Source: Chthoniobacteraceae bacterium (lineage in GTDB: Bacteria > Verrucomicrobiota > Verrucomicrobiia > Chthoniobacterales > Chthoniobacteraceae). Taken from it: a DNA stretch of 64,000 nt. Position 1 is the stretch's first letter; each line of letters opens with the position of its first letter. Location: NCBI GenBank assembly GCA_031409335.1, contig JANNWY010000214.1, positions 53,233 through 117,232 on the forward strand, in the 5' to 3' direction. The notes beneath the pieces are model-generated. The model worked only from the letters and a program-made list of their open reading frames with translations. It was not told the DNA's origin and made no database searches. Below are positions 19,038 through 29,650 of this stretch, in pieces. A program made the translations under genes and the position numbers.

Positions 19038-22000
19038 ATGAAAACCACCCAGCCCAGCACTACCGCACTTCGCCGCAGCAAGACCGCCCGCATCCTCGCA
19101 GGCTCCATCGCCGCCCTCCTCGCCGTGCAGTCGGCGCAGGCTGCGGATGACACCTGGAGCAATGCCGGTGCAACGAATGCAAACTGGAACACCGCGGACA
19201 ACTGGGCTGGCGGCGTCGCTCCGGGTTCCACTGTGCCCATTACCGGCTCCAATGCCGATCCCGACATGGCCACGTTCGATACGGCGCTGGGCACCTTCGG
19301 CACGTTCGGCCTCCCGATACTCATTGACGCGAACCGGAACATCCAACACCTCATTTTCGACCTCGCCGCCGGCAATTACTTCATCGGCGCGGGCGTCAAT
19401 CCGCTCTATCTCACCAGCGGCGGCACCATCCGGATCGACGGCACGCTCACCGCCACCAATGCCATTGAAACCATCAACGCCCCGCTCGTCATCGAAGGAA
19501 CCGGCGGAGCCGGCGGCATCGGCTTCTTTGTCAACAACAGCGCCGACGGCGCGGGTGCCGGCGCGGGCACCTTGAACATTGGCGGCGGCATCACCGGCGG
19601 CAGCGCGCTCGATGCCACGATCCTGACCCTCGTCGGCAGCAACACCAACGCCAACACCATCAGCGGCGTCATCGGCAATGGTGCCGCCCCGAGTCTGAGC
19701 CTCGAGAAAGACCAGGTGGGCACTTGGGTTCTCTCCGGCTCCAACACCTACACCGGCCTGACCACGGTTTTGGGCGGCGTCCTTGAAGTGACGGCGGACA
19801 ACGCCCTCGGCACGAACGCCGGCGCCCTCGGCACCGTCGTCTCCGGCGGCACGCTGCGCCTCGCAAACGTGAACTACTCCACCGCCGAGGCTCTGGACAT
19901 CGCCGGCCCCGGCGTCTCCGGCGGCGCGCTGGCTTCCACTGGCATCAGCACCTATGCGGGTGCGATCACCGTTTCGAGCAACGCCACGATTTCTTCCACG
20001 GGCACGCTGAACCTCACCGGCGGCGTCATCAAGGACGGCACCACCGCCACCTTCACCGGCGGCGGCACGATCAGCATCAATGGCGTCGGCATCAGCGGCG
20101 CGAGCGCCGGTTCCGACGTCATCGTGAACGGCGCGACCCTCGTGCTCAATGTGGCCAGCAGCTATGTCGGCCTGACCACGATCACCAAGGGTTCGGTGCG
20201 CGTCTCCGATGCCAATGGTCTCGGCACCACGGCAGCCGGCACTACGGTGGCGGCCTCCGGGGCCGCGCTGCAATTGACCGGCGTGGCTGCGACCTATGCG
20301 GCGGAAGCCCTCACCATCACTGGCTCGGGCATCAACGCCGCCGGGGCTCTGGAAAATCTCTCCGGCAACAACATCTGGGGCACCTTGCCGATCATCTTGG
20401 GCGGAGCCGCCACCATCGGTTCCACGAGCGGGAGCTTGAGCATCGTCGGCGGGATCACTCCAGGGGGCAACGCCCTTACCTTTGCGGGTGCCGGTAATAT
20501 CAGCATCGGCACCACTGCCATTTCAGCCGGTGCCGCCACCCAGACCAAGATCGGGACCGGCACGCTGACCCTCACCAATGCCGACCCGCTCACTGGTAAC
20601 ATCGCCGTGATTGGCGGCACCCTGGCTCTCAATACTGCCGGCACGACTAATGGCAATGTCGCCCTTTCCCCGGCAGCCACCCTCTCGATCACCGACGACA
20701 GCGTCGCGCCGACGGCCAACCGGCTGAGCGGAAAGACCCTGTCGCTGAACGCCGGCATCCTGAATTACGTCGGGAGCACGACTGGCAATTCCGCGGAGAC
20801 GACCGGTGCGCTCACGGTGCTCGGCGGCCACTCCGTGGTCACGGTCACGGAACTGAACGCGGGTCTGCAGGCTAACTTGAACTTTAATGCGGCGACCGTG
20901 CGGGACGCCAACACGGGCGGCACGGTGCTTTTCCGCGGCACCGCGCTGGCTAGCGCGCTGACCAATGGCTCGGCGACGATTAGGTCCGGCACCGGCGGCT
21001 TTACCTTCATTGGACAGACGGGCGCTGTGGGAACGTTCAATAAAGGAATCCTGCCTTGGGCGCTGGTCGCTACGACCGCCGGCGGGTTGGGCTCCTCGTT
21101 TGCCACGGCGGACTCCGCGACCGGCTTCCTGCGGCCGCTGAATACCGTCACGGAAATGGTCACCAATGTTTATACATCCGTTCCCGCCACGCCCAACGTC
21201 TTGCTGAACGCCGTGGTGGCGGCACCCGCGGCGACCCTGACTGGAGCTGTGAACACCACGATCAACTCGCTCACCATCAACGCGGGTGGAGGGGTGACGA
21301 TGGCTCCCTCCGCCTCCAACGCCACCACGCTGAGCATTGCCAGTGGCGGCCTGCTCGCCACGGACACCAGCAGCATTACCGGCGGGGTGCTGGCGCCTTC
21401 GGGGCAGTTCGATGTCTTTACCCCTGGTGCCGGGACCACGCTGACCATTTCCAGCGCCGTCACCAACGCCAGCGGGTTTGCCAAGGCGGGCGCCGGAACC
21501 CTGGCGCTGAACAGCGTCAGCGGTGCCTACCCCGGCTATACCACCAACACCATGACGGGCGCGAGCCACGACATGCGGACCCAGATCAACGAAGGGGTCG
21601 TGATCCTCGGCGCCGACAACGCCTTGGGCGGTGTCGGCGGGGGCACCGGGGGTGCATCCCATATCGCCCTGGCGATCTCTCCCGGAGCCACGCTCGACCT
21701 GAACGGCAAAATCCAGTATCTCGGTCCCATAGCCAGCCAGGCATTCACCACCCCTCTCGGCAGCTTCGTCGGGGGTCTGGTCACCTCGGCCGGTGTCGCC
21801 AACGACGCGACCGCTGGATTGATCAAATCCACGACCGGGAGCGGCACTTTGTATCTGACCATGCAAAATTCCGGCCCCCAAAAGCAGTATGGTTTCTCGG
21901 GCAGCATCCAGGGCGCGAGTGTCGGCCTCGCCCGGGTGGGCCAGGCGACCGGCGACAACCTGTTCCTCCGCGGGGTCAGCACCTACGGCGGGCCGACCCT

Positions 22001-25000
22001 CATCGCCGGCGGGGGACTTGCCTCGGGTGGTGGCACGATCGTTCGCGATGATGGGCGGCTCACCGGGACGTCGCGCATTGACCTCAACTACGCCAGCTTC
22101 ACGATTGATAATACCGGCCTGTCCAACCATGCGAATCGCATCAACGATGCCGCGGACATCGGCCTCCGGGGCGGCTCCTTGTTCTTCCTGGGCCGCGCCC
22201 AGACCGCCTCGTCCGAAACTCTGGGAGCCGTCACCCTGGCGCAGGGCCACTCGGTTGTCGTCGTCACGCCGGGTGCCGGCATGGCCGCCGATCTGACGTT
22301 CACGAGCCTCGCCCGGACGGCGGGCTCCGCTGCCACGGCCGTCTTTGACGGACTCACCCTGGGCACCAGCGGCAACAACGCGCGGATCAATATCGCCGGC
22401 GCCACTCCCGCCTCGCTCACGGCGGCGGGCCTCATGGTCAATAACATCATGCCGTGGGCCGTGACCAACAGCAGCGGCGGCAATTACATTGGCAGCGACT
22501 TCGCCAGCTACATTCCCTACACCACGGTCAATGGGGTCACCTCCGGCGGCATCGGGGCGATGGGTAATACGGCTGCGGGTTATGCCGCCTACGACGGCAC
22601 GGCCATCCCCGGCGTGGATTCGCCCACCCAGAACATCAAGGTCCAGAACCCGTTCATCACGGCCAGCGTCCAGCTCAACAGCTTGAACCTCAATGGCAGT
22701 GGCATCGCGTTCTCGGCGGGCACTGAAGTGCTCAACCTGACTTCCGGCGGCCTCCTCACTGGTCAAGGCGGCGGTGCCATCGGTTCGTCCGCGGGCAACG
22801 GCTACATCACCGCCGGCGGCACGGACACCAGCGCCACCACCCACGATCTGTACATCTATCAGGTCAACAATGGCGTCAAGCAGTTGAACTCCACGATCAT
22901 TGATACCAGCGATCCTCTGACCTTAGTGGGCGGCAGCGGCAGGACCCGGCTGGTGGTCTTCGGTGGCGATAATCTGGCCATCAACAGCCCCGCCAACAGC
23001 TACACCGGCGGCACCGTCTTCAACACCACGAAATTGCAACTGAACACCTCCACTGGCGTGGTCATCCCCCTCGCCGCCACGCCGGCGGACGGCTTGGTGC
23101 TCAATTATTCCACCCTGACCATGACCAACACCCCGGGCCAGATCCACACGGGTAACATTGTGACGCTCAACGGTTCCTCGCAGGCCACCCTCTTCGGCGA
23201 CAACACCCTGGCGGGTTTGGTCTTGAATAGCACCGGCGGCACGGACGCCGCAGGTGCCAACGGCGTGCAGTCGCCCGTCGTCAATACCTTTACCGCCTTT
23301 TCCACCACCAACACCGCCGGTGCCTCCGGAATCCTGACCCTCGGGGCCAGCGGCATCACCACCACCTCGTTGGTCATGCCGGTTGATACCACCAATTCCC
23401 GGATCGTGGGCCGGGTGGACCTGGCCGCGAACTCGCCGCTGAACATCGGTGCGACCAAGTTCAATGGTCAGATCGTCAGTGCGTTCCTGCCCGACCTGAC
23501 GCTGCAAGGCGTGACCGGCGGTGGCGTCGGTTCGACGATCACCAAGTCCGGCGACGGCGTCCTGCAGTTCAACACGGCGACCGTTTTCACGGGCACGCTG
23601 GATGTCACCGGCGGCACCATTCAGGTCGGCGCGAACAATGCCGGCGCGCGCTTCGCCAATGTGACCCTGGGGGCCGGCGGGCGGCTGAATGTCAATGGCC
23701 TGGCCAACTTGTATGGCTCCCTCGGCGGTTCGGGTAGCGTGACCAGTTCCGGCAACCCCGGCACCCTCACGGTGGGCTTTTCCGATGCCAACTCGACCTT
23801 CTCTGGAGCCTTCCTCCGTCATACCGACGCGGTGATCCTTCCGGTCAACCTGACTAAGATCGGCACTGGCACGATGAAGCTGACGGGTAACACCAGCACC
23901 GCCAATGGCACCCTGACCGTCCAAGTCGGCGGAGTAACCTTCCAGGACGCCGGCGTGAACAACTTCCTCAACAACTCGAACGCGACCCCCGTCGGCGTGG
24001 TCGTCAATCCTGGTGGCACCCTCACCCTCGACAACGTGATCGGCATCAGCGTGCCCAACCGCCTCGCGGGCGCGGCCGTGTCGCTCGCCGGCGGCACCCT
24101 GGACTTCAAAGGCAACGCCACCACCGAGAACGCCGGGCCGCTCAATAACAACGCTGGCATGAGCATCGTCAACGTCAGCGGCACCGGCACGCTGAGCTTC
24201 TCCAGCCTCAACAACCACGCCAGCGGCGGCGTGGTCAAATTCACGGGCACCGGCCCGGCGGTCCAGTTCGCGGCTACCACGACGATCGTCGATGGCCTCC
24301 TCATGGGTGGAGCCTCGGCTTCCACGGCGGCGGGGTATTTCTTCGGGAACAGCGATTTTGCAACCAGCACCGGAGCTGCCAACGCGCCGATCACAGTCTA
24401 TGCGGGCTATAACACCGGGACGATCGCCCTCGGGGCCGCGACGGATAACATGGCACCCTTGGTGAGCGAGAACCTGCTAACTAACAAGACGATCAATACC
24501 CTCAAGCTCGGGACCGGCGTGAACGTGACCCAGAGCCCCGGCGTGACCTTGACCATCGACGCCGGCACCATCATTAGCACTGGCAGCAACATCACCGGCG
24601 GCCGGCTGGCCGTGGGCAGCAGCGAACTGATCGTCAACAAATCCGGCGCGACGACCATGACCATCGGCAGTGTGTTGCAAGGTTCCAGCGTGCGGTTGGT
24701 CAAGGTCGGCGATGGCAACCTCACGCTGAGTGTGGCGCAGAACAACGATTCGACCACGGTCAACGAAGGCACCCTGACCCTCTCCGGTGCCAATAACATC
24801 CTGAGCAGCAGGAATGGACTCGTCGTCAACGGCGGCGGCACCGTGGTGAACCTGACCAACACCAGCCTGTATGTCCCCTCGCTGACCAGCACCGGCACGC
24901 TGCCCGGATCGAGCGGCATCGTGACGGGTGCGGGCGGAACGCTGACCACGAGAACCGGCGGCACCTTTGCCGGTAAGATCCAGGGCACGCTCAATCTAGT

Positions 25001-27248
25001 CTTTGGCGGGGGCGGCACCATGACTTTGGTGGACGACAGCAGCACCGTCGGCACAGTCACCGTGCAGGGTGGCCTGACGCTGAGGGACAGCGGCAAGCTC
25101 TCCGGGGCCACGTCCGTGGCGGTCAACTACTCGACGCTGAACATTGACCAGAGCGGCCTGAATCCCTTGGGTAGCTTGAACCCCACCCGCCTCCCCGCCG
25201 GGGCGGCGATCAGCCTGTCCGGCGGCACGCTGGTGCTAACTCCGGGCGGTTCCGTGGATACCTCGGCCACCTTTAACGCTGTGAACGCGCTGCGCGGGGC
25301 CAATACCATCACGGCCAACCGACTGGACGGCGGCACCACCAATACGCTGACCATCGGAAACCTCCAGCGCGCGCCGGGCAGCACCGTGCATTTCTCGGCG
25401 GACACCGGGCTCCTCGGCATGAACCAGTCCAGGGTGCTCCTGGGCGGGATCAACGGGAACGCCCCGGTGAACGGTGCCTTCCTCGGGCCATGGGCCGTGG
25501 TGAATAACGGTGACTTTGCAAGCTACCTGGATGGAACGGCACCGGTGACGCCGGCGCCGCAGGGTGTTGGACGGTATGGGCAAGCCGGTTTCCCGGCTTA
25601 CAGCACGAACGTCTTGGGGACCGGCAATATTGTTAATTTCAACACCGCAGGGTTCGTCCTCGGGGGCGACACCGCTGTGGGTGCGCTGCGCCTCTCCCAA
25701 GGCGCAAACCAGACCTTTGACTTCGCCGCCGCCGGGGTGGTTCTGAATATCGAAACCGGCGGGTTGCTGCGCAGCAATAACAACAACACTACCAGGATCG
25801 GCTCGGTGGTGGGTAACGGCGTCCTCACCGCCGGGGCCACGGTGGCCGGCACCACGGAGCTGGTGGCTTACTCGAACCAGAACATTTGGACGATTAACTC
25901 GATCATCAAGGACGGCAAGGACACCACCTTTGCCGGAGCCGACCCGTCAGCCGTCACCTCCCTGGTCAAGTCCGGTGCGGGCACCCTCGTCCTGACCGCC
26001 CTGAATACCTACACTGGCGGCACCACCGTCGATCAGGGCACACTGACCTTCACCGCCGCCGCCGCCGGGGTGGTGATTCCGGGTGATCTGACGATTCATA
26101 ACGCCACGGTGACGGAAACCCTGGCCGGCCAGATCGCGGCGACCAGCACGGTGACCCTTAACAGCGGCGCGACGCTAACCATGGTCGGCAACAACACCCT
26201 CGCCGGGATCGTCTTTAACAGTATCGGCGGAAGCGGGACGACGCCGCCGACGCCGCTCGTGACCACCGGCGGCGTCCTAACCCTGGCCGCGACTGGCAAC
26301 ATCAGTTCGACCCCGACCAACTACAATGCGGCAACCACGAACACCGGCGCTGGCGCTCCCACGATTGCGGGCACGCTGAATCTCGGCGGCACGACGACGC
26401 ACGACATCACGGTGAACGCGGGCGTTGGCAACTATAACGGCTTGAACATTACCGCGCTGATCCAGAACGGTGGTTTCACCAAGAAAGGCGCGGGCGTCCT
26501 GCACTTGGCGAATAACACCGGCAACACCTTCGGCAATATCAGCATCACCGCCGGCACCGTGGTCACGGACCAGGGCGCGGTGGACTCCACCCTCGGCACG
26601 CTCGGCAACACCGTGACCCTCGATGGTGCCACGGCCGCGCTGTGGATCATGAGTAACACCATCAACACCCACAACCTCAGCGTCGGCGCGGGCGGCGGCA
26701 CGCTCGCCAGCGAAGGTGCCCGCACCACGGCCATGCCGATCAGCCTCACGGGCACGCTCACCGCCACCACGATTGACCCCATCGGAGCCGGGGTGAACAA
26801 CAGCGCCAGCGGCAACCTGACCCTCACGGGTCCGATCACGGGCATCGGCGGGCTGACCATCACGGGCAACCCGAACTTCAAGCACGCCGTGACCCTGAGC
26901 AACGCGAACAACTACACGGGCGATACGAATGTGAACGTGGGACACCTGCGCGTCACCGGCACCCTCACCGGCACGATTGTCAATGTGAACGCGAACGCAT
27001 CGGCGAGCTTCGAGGTGAGCCAGACCCTGCCCGCCCTCAATATCGCCGACGGCGCGGTCGTCACCCTCGGCGCGGCGTCGCTGCCGCCAGCGGCCCCGGC
27101 CCTCGCTTTCGATTCACCGTTCGATGCCGGACTCGAACTCGCAGGGAACACCGGGCAAGCCGTGCCCGAGCCCGGCTCCGCCATGCTGATCCTCAGCGGC
27201 CTGGGCGCGCTGCTCGGTCTGCGCCGCCGCCGCACATCGGTAAAGTAG
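19038..27248 (+). CDS. Giant PEP-CTERM surface protein with autotransporter-associated beta-strand repeats
   Basis: Signal peptide ending AQA; many K.G.GTL.L...NTYTG.T repeats; C-terminal VPEPGS, hydrophobic helix and RRRR. Confidence 0.92.
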   Translation: MKTTQPSTTALRRSKTARILAGSIAALLAVQSAQAADDTWSNAGATNANWNTADNWAGGVAPGSTVPITGSNADPDMATFDTALGTFGTFGLPILIDANRNIQHLIFDLAAGNYFIGAGVNPLYLTSGGTIRIDGTLTATNAIETINAPLVIEGTGGAGGIGFFVNNSADGAGAGAGTLNIGGGITGGSALDATILTLVGSNTNANTISGVIGNGAAPSLSLEKDQVGTWVLSGSNTYTGLTTVLGGVLEVTADNALGTNAGALGTVVSGGTLRLANVNYSTAEALDIAGPGVSGGALASTGISTYAGAITVSSNATISSTGTLNLTGGVIKDGTTATFTGGGTISINGVGISGASAGSDVIVNGATLVLNVASSYVGLTTITKGSVRVSDANGLGTTAAGTTVAASGAALQLTGVAATYAAEALTITGSGINAAGALENLSGNNIWGTLPIILGGAATIGSTSGSLSIVGGITPGGNALTFAGAGNISIGTTAISAGAATQTKIGTGTLTLTNADPLTGNIAVIGGTLALNTAGTTNGNVALSPAATLSITDDSVAPTANRLSGKTLSLNAGILNYVGSTTGNSAETTGALTVLGGHSVVTVTELNAGLQANLNFNAATVRDANTGGTVLFRGTALASALTNGSATIRSGTGGFTFIGQTGAVGTFNKGILPWALVATTAGGLGSSFATADSATGFLRPLNTVTEMVTNVYTSVPATPNVLLNAVVAAPAATLTGAVNTTINSLTINAGGGVTMAPSASNATTLSIASGGLLATDTSSITGGVLAPSGQFDVFTPGAGTTLTISSAVTNASGFAKAGAGTLALNSVSGAYPGYTTNTMTGASHDMRTQINEGVVILGADNALGGVGGGTGGASHIALAISPGATLDLNGKIQYLGPIASQAFTTPLGSFVGGLVTSAGVANDATAGLIKSTTGSGTLYLTMQNSGPQKQYGFSGSIQGASVGLARVGQATGDNLFLRGVSTYGGPTLIAGGGLASGGGTIVRDDGRLTGTSRIDLNYASFTIDNTGLSNHANRINDAADIGLRGGSLFFLGRAQTASSETLGAVTLAQGHSVVVVTPGAGMAADLTFTSLARTAGSAATAVFDGLTLGTSGNNARINIAGATPASLTAAGLMVNNIMPWAVTNSSGGNYIGSDFASYIPYTTVNGVTSGGIGAMGNTAAGYAAYDGTAIPGVDSPTQNIKVQNPFITASVQLNSLNLNGSGIAFSAGTEVLNLTSGGLLTGQGGGAIGSSAGNGYITAGGTDTSATTHDLYIYQVNNGVKQLNSTIIDTSDPLTLVGGSGRTRLVVFGGDNLAINSPANSYTGGTVFNTTKLQLNTSTGVVIPLAATPADGLVLNYSTLTMTNTPGQIHTGNIVTLNGSSQATLFGDNTLAGLVLNSTGGTDAAGANGVQSPVVNTFTAFSTTNTAGASGILTLGASGITTTSLVMPVDTTNSRIVGRVDLAANSPLNIGATKFNGQIVSAFLPDLTLQGVTGGGVGSTITKSGDGVLQFNTATVFTGTLDVTGGTIQVGANNAGARFANVTLGAGGRLNVNGLANLYGSLGGSGSVTSSGNPGTLTVGFSDANSTFSGAFLRHTDAVILPVNLTKIGTGTMKLTGNTSTANGTLTVQVGGVTFQDAGVNNFLNNSNATPVGVVVNPGGTLTLDNVIGISVPNRLAGAAVSLAGGTLDFKGNATTENAGPLNNNAGMSIVNVSGTGTLSFSSLNNHASGGVVKFTGTGPAVQFAATTTIVDGLLMGGASASTAAGYFFGNSDFATSTGAANAPITVYAGYNTGTIALGAATDNMAPLVSENLLTNKTINTLKLGTGVNVTQSPGVTLTIDAGTIISTGSNITGGRLAVGSSELIVNKSGATTMTIGSVLQGSSVRLVKVGDGNLTLSVAQNNDSTTVNEGTLTLSGANNILSSRNGLVVNGGGTVVNLTNTSLYVPSLTSTGTLPGSSGIVTGAGGTLTTRTGGTFAGKIQGTLNLVFGGGGTMTLVDDSSTVGTVTVQGGLTLRDSGKLSGATSVAVNYSTLNIDQSGLNPLGSLNPTRLPAGAAISLSGGTLVLTPGGSVDTSATFNAVNALRGANTITANRLDGGTTNTLTIGNLQRAPGSTVHFSADTGLLGMNQSRVLLGGINGNAPVNGAFLGPWAVVNNGDFASYLDGTAPVTPAPQGVGRYGQAGFPAYSTNVLGTGNIVNFNTAGFVLGGDTAVGALRLSQGANQTFDFAAAGVVLNIETGGLLRSNNNNTTRIGSVVGNGVLTAGATVAGTTELVAYSNQNIWTINSIIKDGKDTTFAGADPSAVTSLVKSGAGTLVLTALNTYTGGTTVDQGTLTFTAAAAGVVIPGDLTIHNATVTETLAGQIAATSTVTLNSGATLTMVGNNTLAGIVFNSIGGSGTTPPTPLVTTGGVLTLAATGNISSTPTNYNAATTNTGAGAPTIAGTLNLGGTTTHDITVNAGVGNYNGLNITALIQNGGFTKKGAGVLHLANNTGNTFGNISITAGTVVTDQGAVDSTLGTLGNTVTLDGATAALWIMSNTINTHNLSVGAGGGTLASEGARTTAMPISLTGTLTATTIDPIGAGVNNSASGNLTLTGPITGIGGLTITGNPNFKHAVTLSNANNYTGDTNVNVGHLRVTGTLTGTIVNVNANASASFEVSQTLPALNIADGAVVTLGAASLPPAAPALAFDSPFDAGLELAGNTGQAVPEPGSAMLILSGLGALLGLRRRRTSVK

Positions 27249-27372
27249 TCCGCGACTTTAGTCGTCAACAGCATGACCGCGCGATGATCGAGCCATCCTT
27301 TCGGAATCCTTCGATAAAGCCGCGCTGAAATTCTGCCAAAATACCCACTCCACCACCAGCACCTCACGGCCC

Positions 27373-29487
27373 ATGAAAACCATCCAGCCCAGTACCGATG
27401 CACCTTTCCGCCGCAAGTCCGCCCGCATCCTCGCAGGCTCCATCGCCGCCCTCCTCGCCGTGCAGTCGGCGCAGGCAGACAATACGAATGCCACCTGGCT
27501 CAATACCGGTGCGACGGATGCAAACTGGAACACCACGACCAACTGGGTTGGCGGCGTCGCTCCGGGTTCCATTATGCCCATTACCGGCCTCAATGCCGAT
27601 ACCAGCGTGGCCACGTTCAATACGGCGCTGGGCACCTTCGGCACTGCCGGCAACCCGATTGCCATCGACTCCGTGAGCGAAAACATCGCGGGCATCACCT
27701 TCACCGCCAACGCCGGAAGATACGTCATCGGCACCACGGTCGGCAATCCGCTCTATCTCAGCAGCGGCGGCACCATCCAGATCAGCACGCTCACCGCCAC
27801 CAACGTCATTGAAACCATCAATGCCCCGCTCGTCATCGAAGGAACCGACGGCACCTACACCTTTGCAAACAACAGCGCCAACGGCACGAGCTTCGGCGCG
27901 GGCACCTTGAATTTCGGCGGTGGCATCACCGATAGCATCACCGGCGGCGCGGCCGGGGCTACCGTCCTGAACCTCAACGGCACTAACACCAATGCCAACA
28001 CCATTAGCGGCATCATCGCCAATGGCACCGCCGACTCGCTGGCCCTCACAAAGAGCGGTGCGGGCACTTGGAGACTCTCCGGTGCGAACACCTACACCGG
28101 TGCGACGACGATTTCCGCAGGCACCCTTCGGGTCGGTATGGTGGACGCTTTGCCTCACGGCACCGGTCGCGGCAATGTGGCCATTAATGGTACTGGGGCA
28201 CTCGACTTGAACAACCTGAGCCCGACGCTCAACGGGCTCACCGGCACGGGCACCGTGACCAATCGCGTTTTCGGCAACGCCACCCTGACCCTCGGCGACG
28301 CCGACACGTCTTCCACCTTCCCAGGTGTGATTCAGAACGGCAGCGGAACCGTCGGGCTGACCAAGATCGGCAGCGGCACCCTCGCGCTGATCGGGACGAC
28401 CAGCAATTACCGAGGCAAGACGAGCATCATGGCGGGCACGCTGCAGATTGGCAATGTCAACGGAACTGACAGTGCCGCTATCACGAACGCCGGCGTCCCT
28501 GGTCCGTTGGGCGCCCCTACCGGGGCCAATGCGACCATCGACCTCCATAACGACGTCACCCTGCAGATGGGTAGCACCGAACCGCGTGTGAACCAAGCCA
28601 CCGATCGCACGATCAATCTCGCGGGCACCGGCCCTGGAACGGTGTCGATCAAAGTCAATGACAACGACACCAGCTTCACCTTTGGCGCGGTGACAGCCAC
28701 CGGGGCTGGCGACAAGACACTGGCCTTGTTCACGGGTTACCAGGGAAATGGCGACCGTGAGGTGATGACCTTCAATGGAGCCATCTCCGAAGCTCCCGGA
28801 GGCGGCCCGCTCTCGCTTGCAGTCACTTATCAGACGGTGTCGGGCAGTAAGAGCGTCGTAAATCTGAAACAGGGCGGCACCTTCACCGGGCCAATCACCT
28901 TGATAAATGGCAACGGCGTCAACTTTGCCTACTTGACGATCGGTGGCGTGATCACGCTTGAATTCTTCAGCGGAAACCTGATTAACACTCCCGGATCGGG
29001 AACGCTGAACGGTGGCAATTACGCGGGTGACATCTCCCTCGACACCAATACCATCCTCTACTACGACAGCTCGGCGGCGCAAACCTTGTCGGGTGTGATT
29101 TCCGGCACGGGCTTGCTGACCAAAGAGGTTGCGGGCAGCGTGCTGACCCTCACTGGCGCGAACACCTATACCGGCGATACGAATGTGAACGCGGGCCACC
29201 TGCGCGTCACCGGCACCCTCACCGGCACGACTGTGAATGTGAACGCGAACGCATCGGCTAACTTCGAGGCCAGCCAGACATTGCCCGCACTCAATATCGC
29301 CGACGGTGCGGTAGTCACGCTCGGCACGGTGCCACCACCGGCTCCGTCCCCCGCTTTCGATGCACCGTTCGATGCCGGACTAAACCTCGCAGGGAATGCC
29401 GGGCAAGCCGTGCCCGAGCCCGGCAGCGTGGCGTTGCTGATTGGCGGGACGCTGACGTTGCTCGGCCTGCGCCGGCGCAAAGCGTGA
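27373..29487 (+). CDS. PEP-CTERM surface protein with autotransporter-associated beta-strand repeats
   Basis: N- and C-terminal blocks closely similar to the upstream gene; ends VPEPGSVALLIGGTLTLLGLRRRKA. Confidence 0.92.
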   Translation: MKTIQPSTDAPFRRKSARILAGSIAALLAVQSAQADNTNATWLNTGATDANWNTTTNWVGGVAPGSIMPITGLNADTSVATFNTALGTFGTAGNPIAIDSVSENIAGITFTANAGRYVIGTTVGNPLYLSSGGTIQISTLTATNVIETINAPLVIEGTDGTYTFANNSANGTSFGAGTLNFGGGITDSITGGAAGATVLNLNGTNTNANTISGIIANGTADSLALTKSGAGTWRLSGANTYTGATTISAGTLRVGMVDALPHGTGRGNVAINGTGALDLNNLSPTLNGLTGTGTVTNRVFGNATLTLGDADTSSTFPGVIQNGSGTVGLTKIGSGTLALIGTTSNYRGKTSIMAGTLQIGNVNGTDSAAITNAGVPGPLGAPTGANATIDLHNDVTLQMGSTEPRVNQATDRTINLAGTGPGTVSIKVNDNDTSFTFGAVTATGAGDKTLALFTGYQGNGDREVMTFNGAISEAPGGGPLSLAVTYQTVSGSKSVVNLKQGGTFTGPITLINGNGVNFAYLTIGGVITLEFFSGNLINTPGSGTLNGGNYAGDISLDTNTILYYDSSAAQTLSGVISGTGLLTKEVAGSVLTLTGANTYTGDTNVNAGHLRVTGTLTGTTVNVNANASANFEASQTLPALNIADGAVVTLGTVPPPAPSPAFDAPFDAGLNLAGNAGQAVPEPGSVALLIGGTLTLLGLRRRKA

Positions 29488-29563
29488 ACAATATCGTCCG
29501 AGGAAGGACGGAGTGGCGGCAGTTTTCTTGACGGGGGACTGCCACTCTCACTGGGGGAAAAGC

Positions 29564-29595
29564 GAAAGCCGCGCGGTGGGGACCGCGCGGCTTTC
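29564..29595 (+). terminator. Hairpin, probable terminator after the PEP-CTERM pair
   Basis: Perfect 14-bp stem GAAAGCCGCGCGGT-GGGG-ACCGCGCGGCTTTC; U-tract is weak. Confidence 0.6.
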
Positions 29596-29650
29596 ATTCC
29601 CTTTCGCTATGCTAACCCCGGCTGACTTATAAACCTTCAACCTAATCCCA

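Noticed and set aside
18914..19375. N-terminal extension of the GntR-LacI ORF
   Set aside because: It overlaps the opposite-strand PEP-CTERM gene; the HTH begins right after Met 18913.
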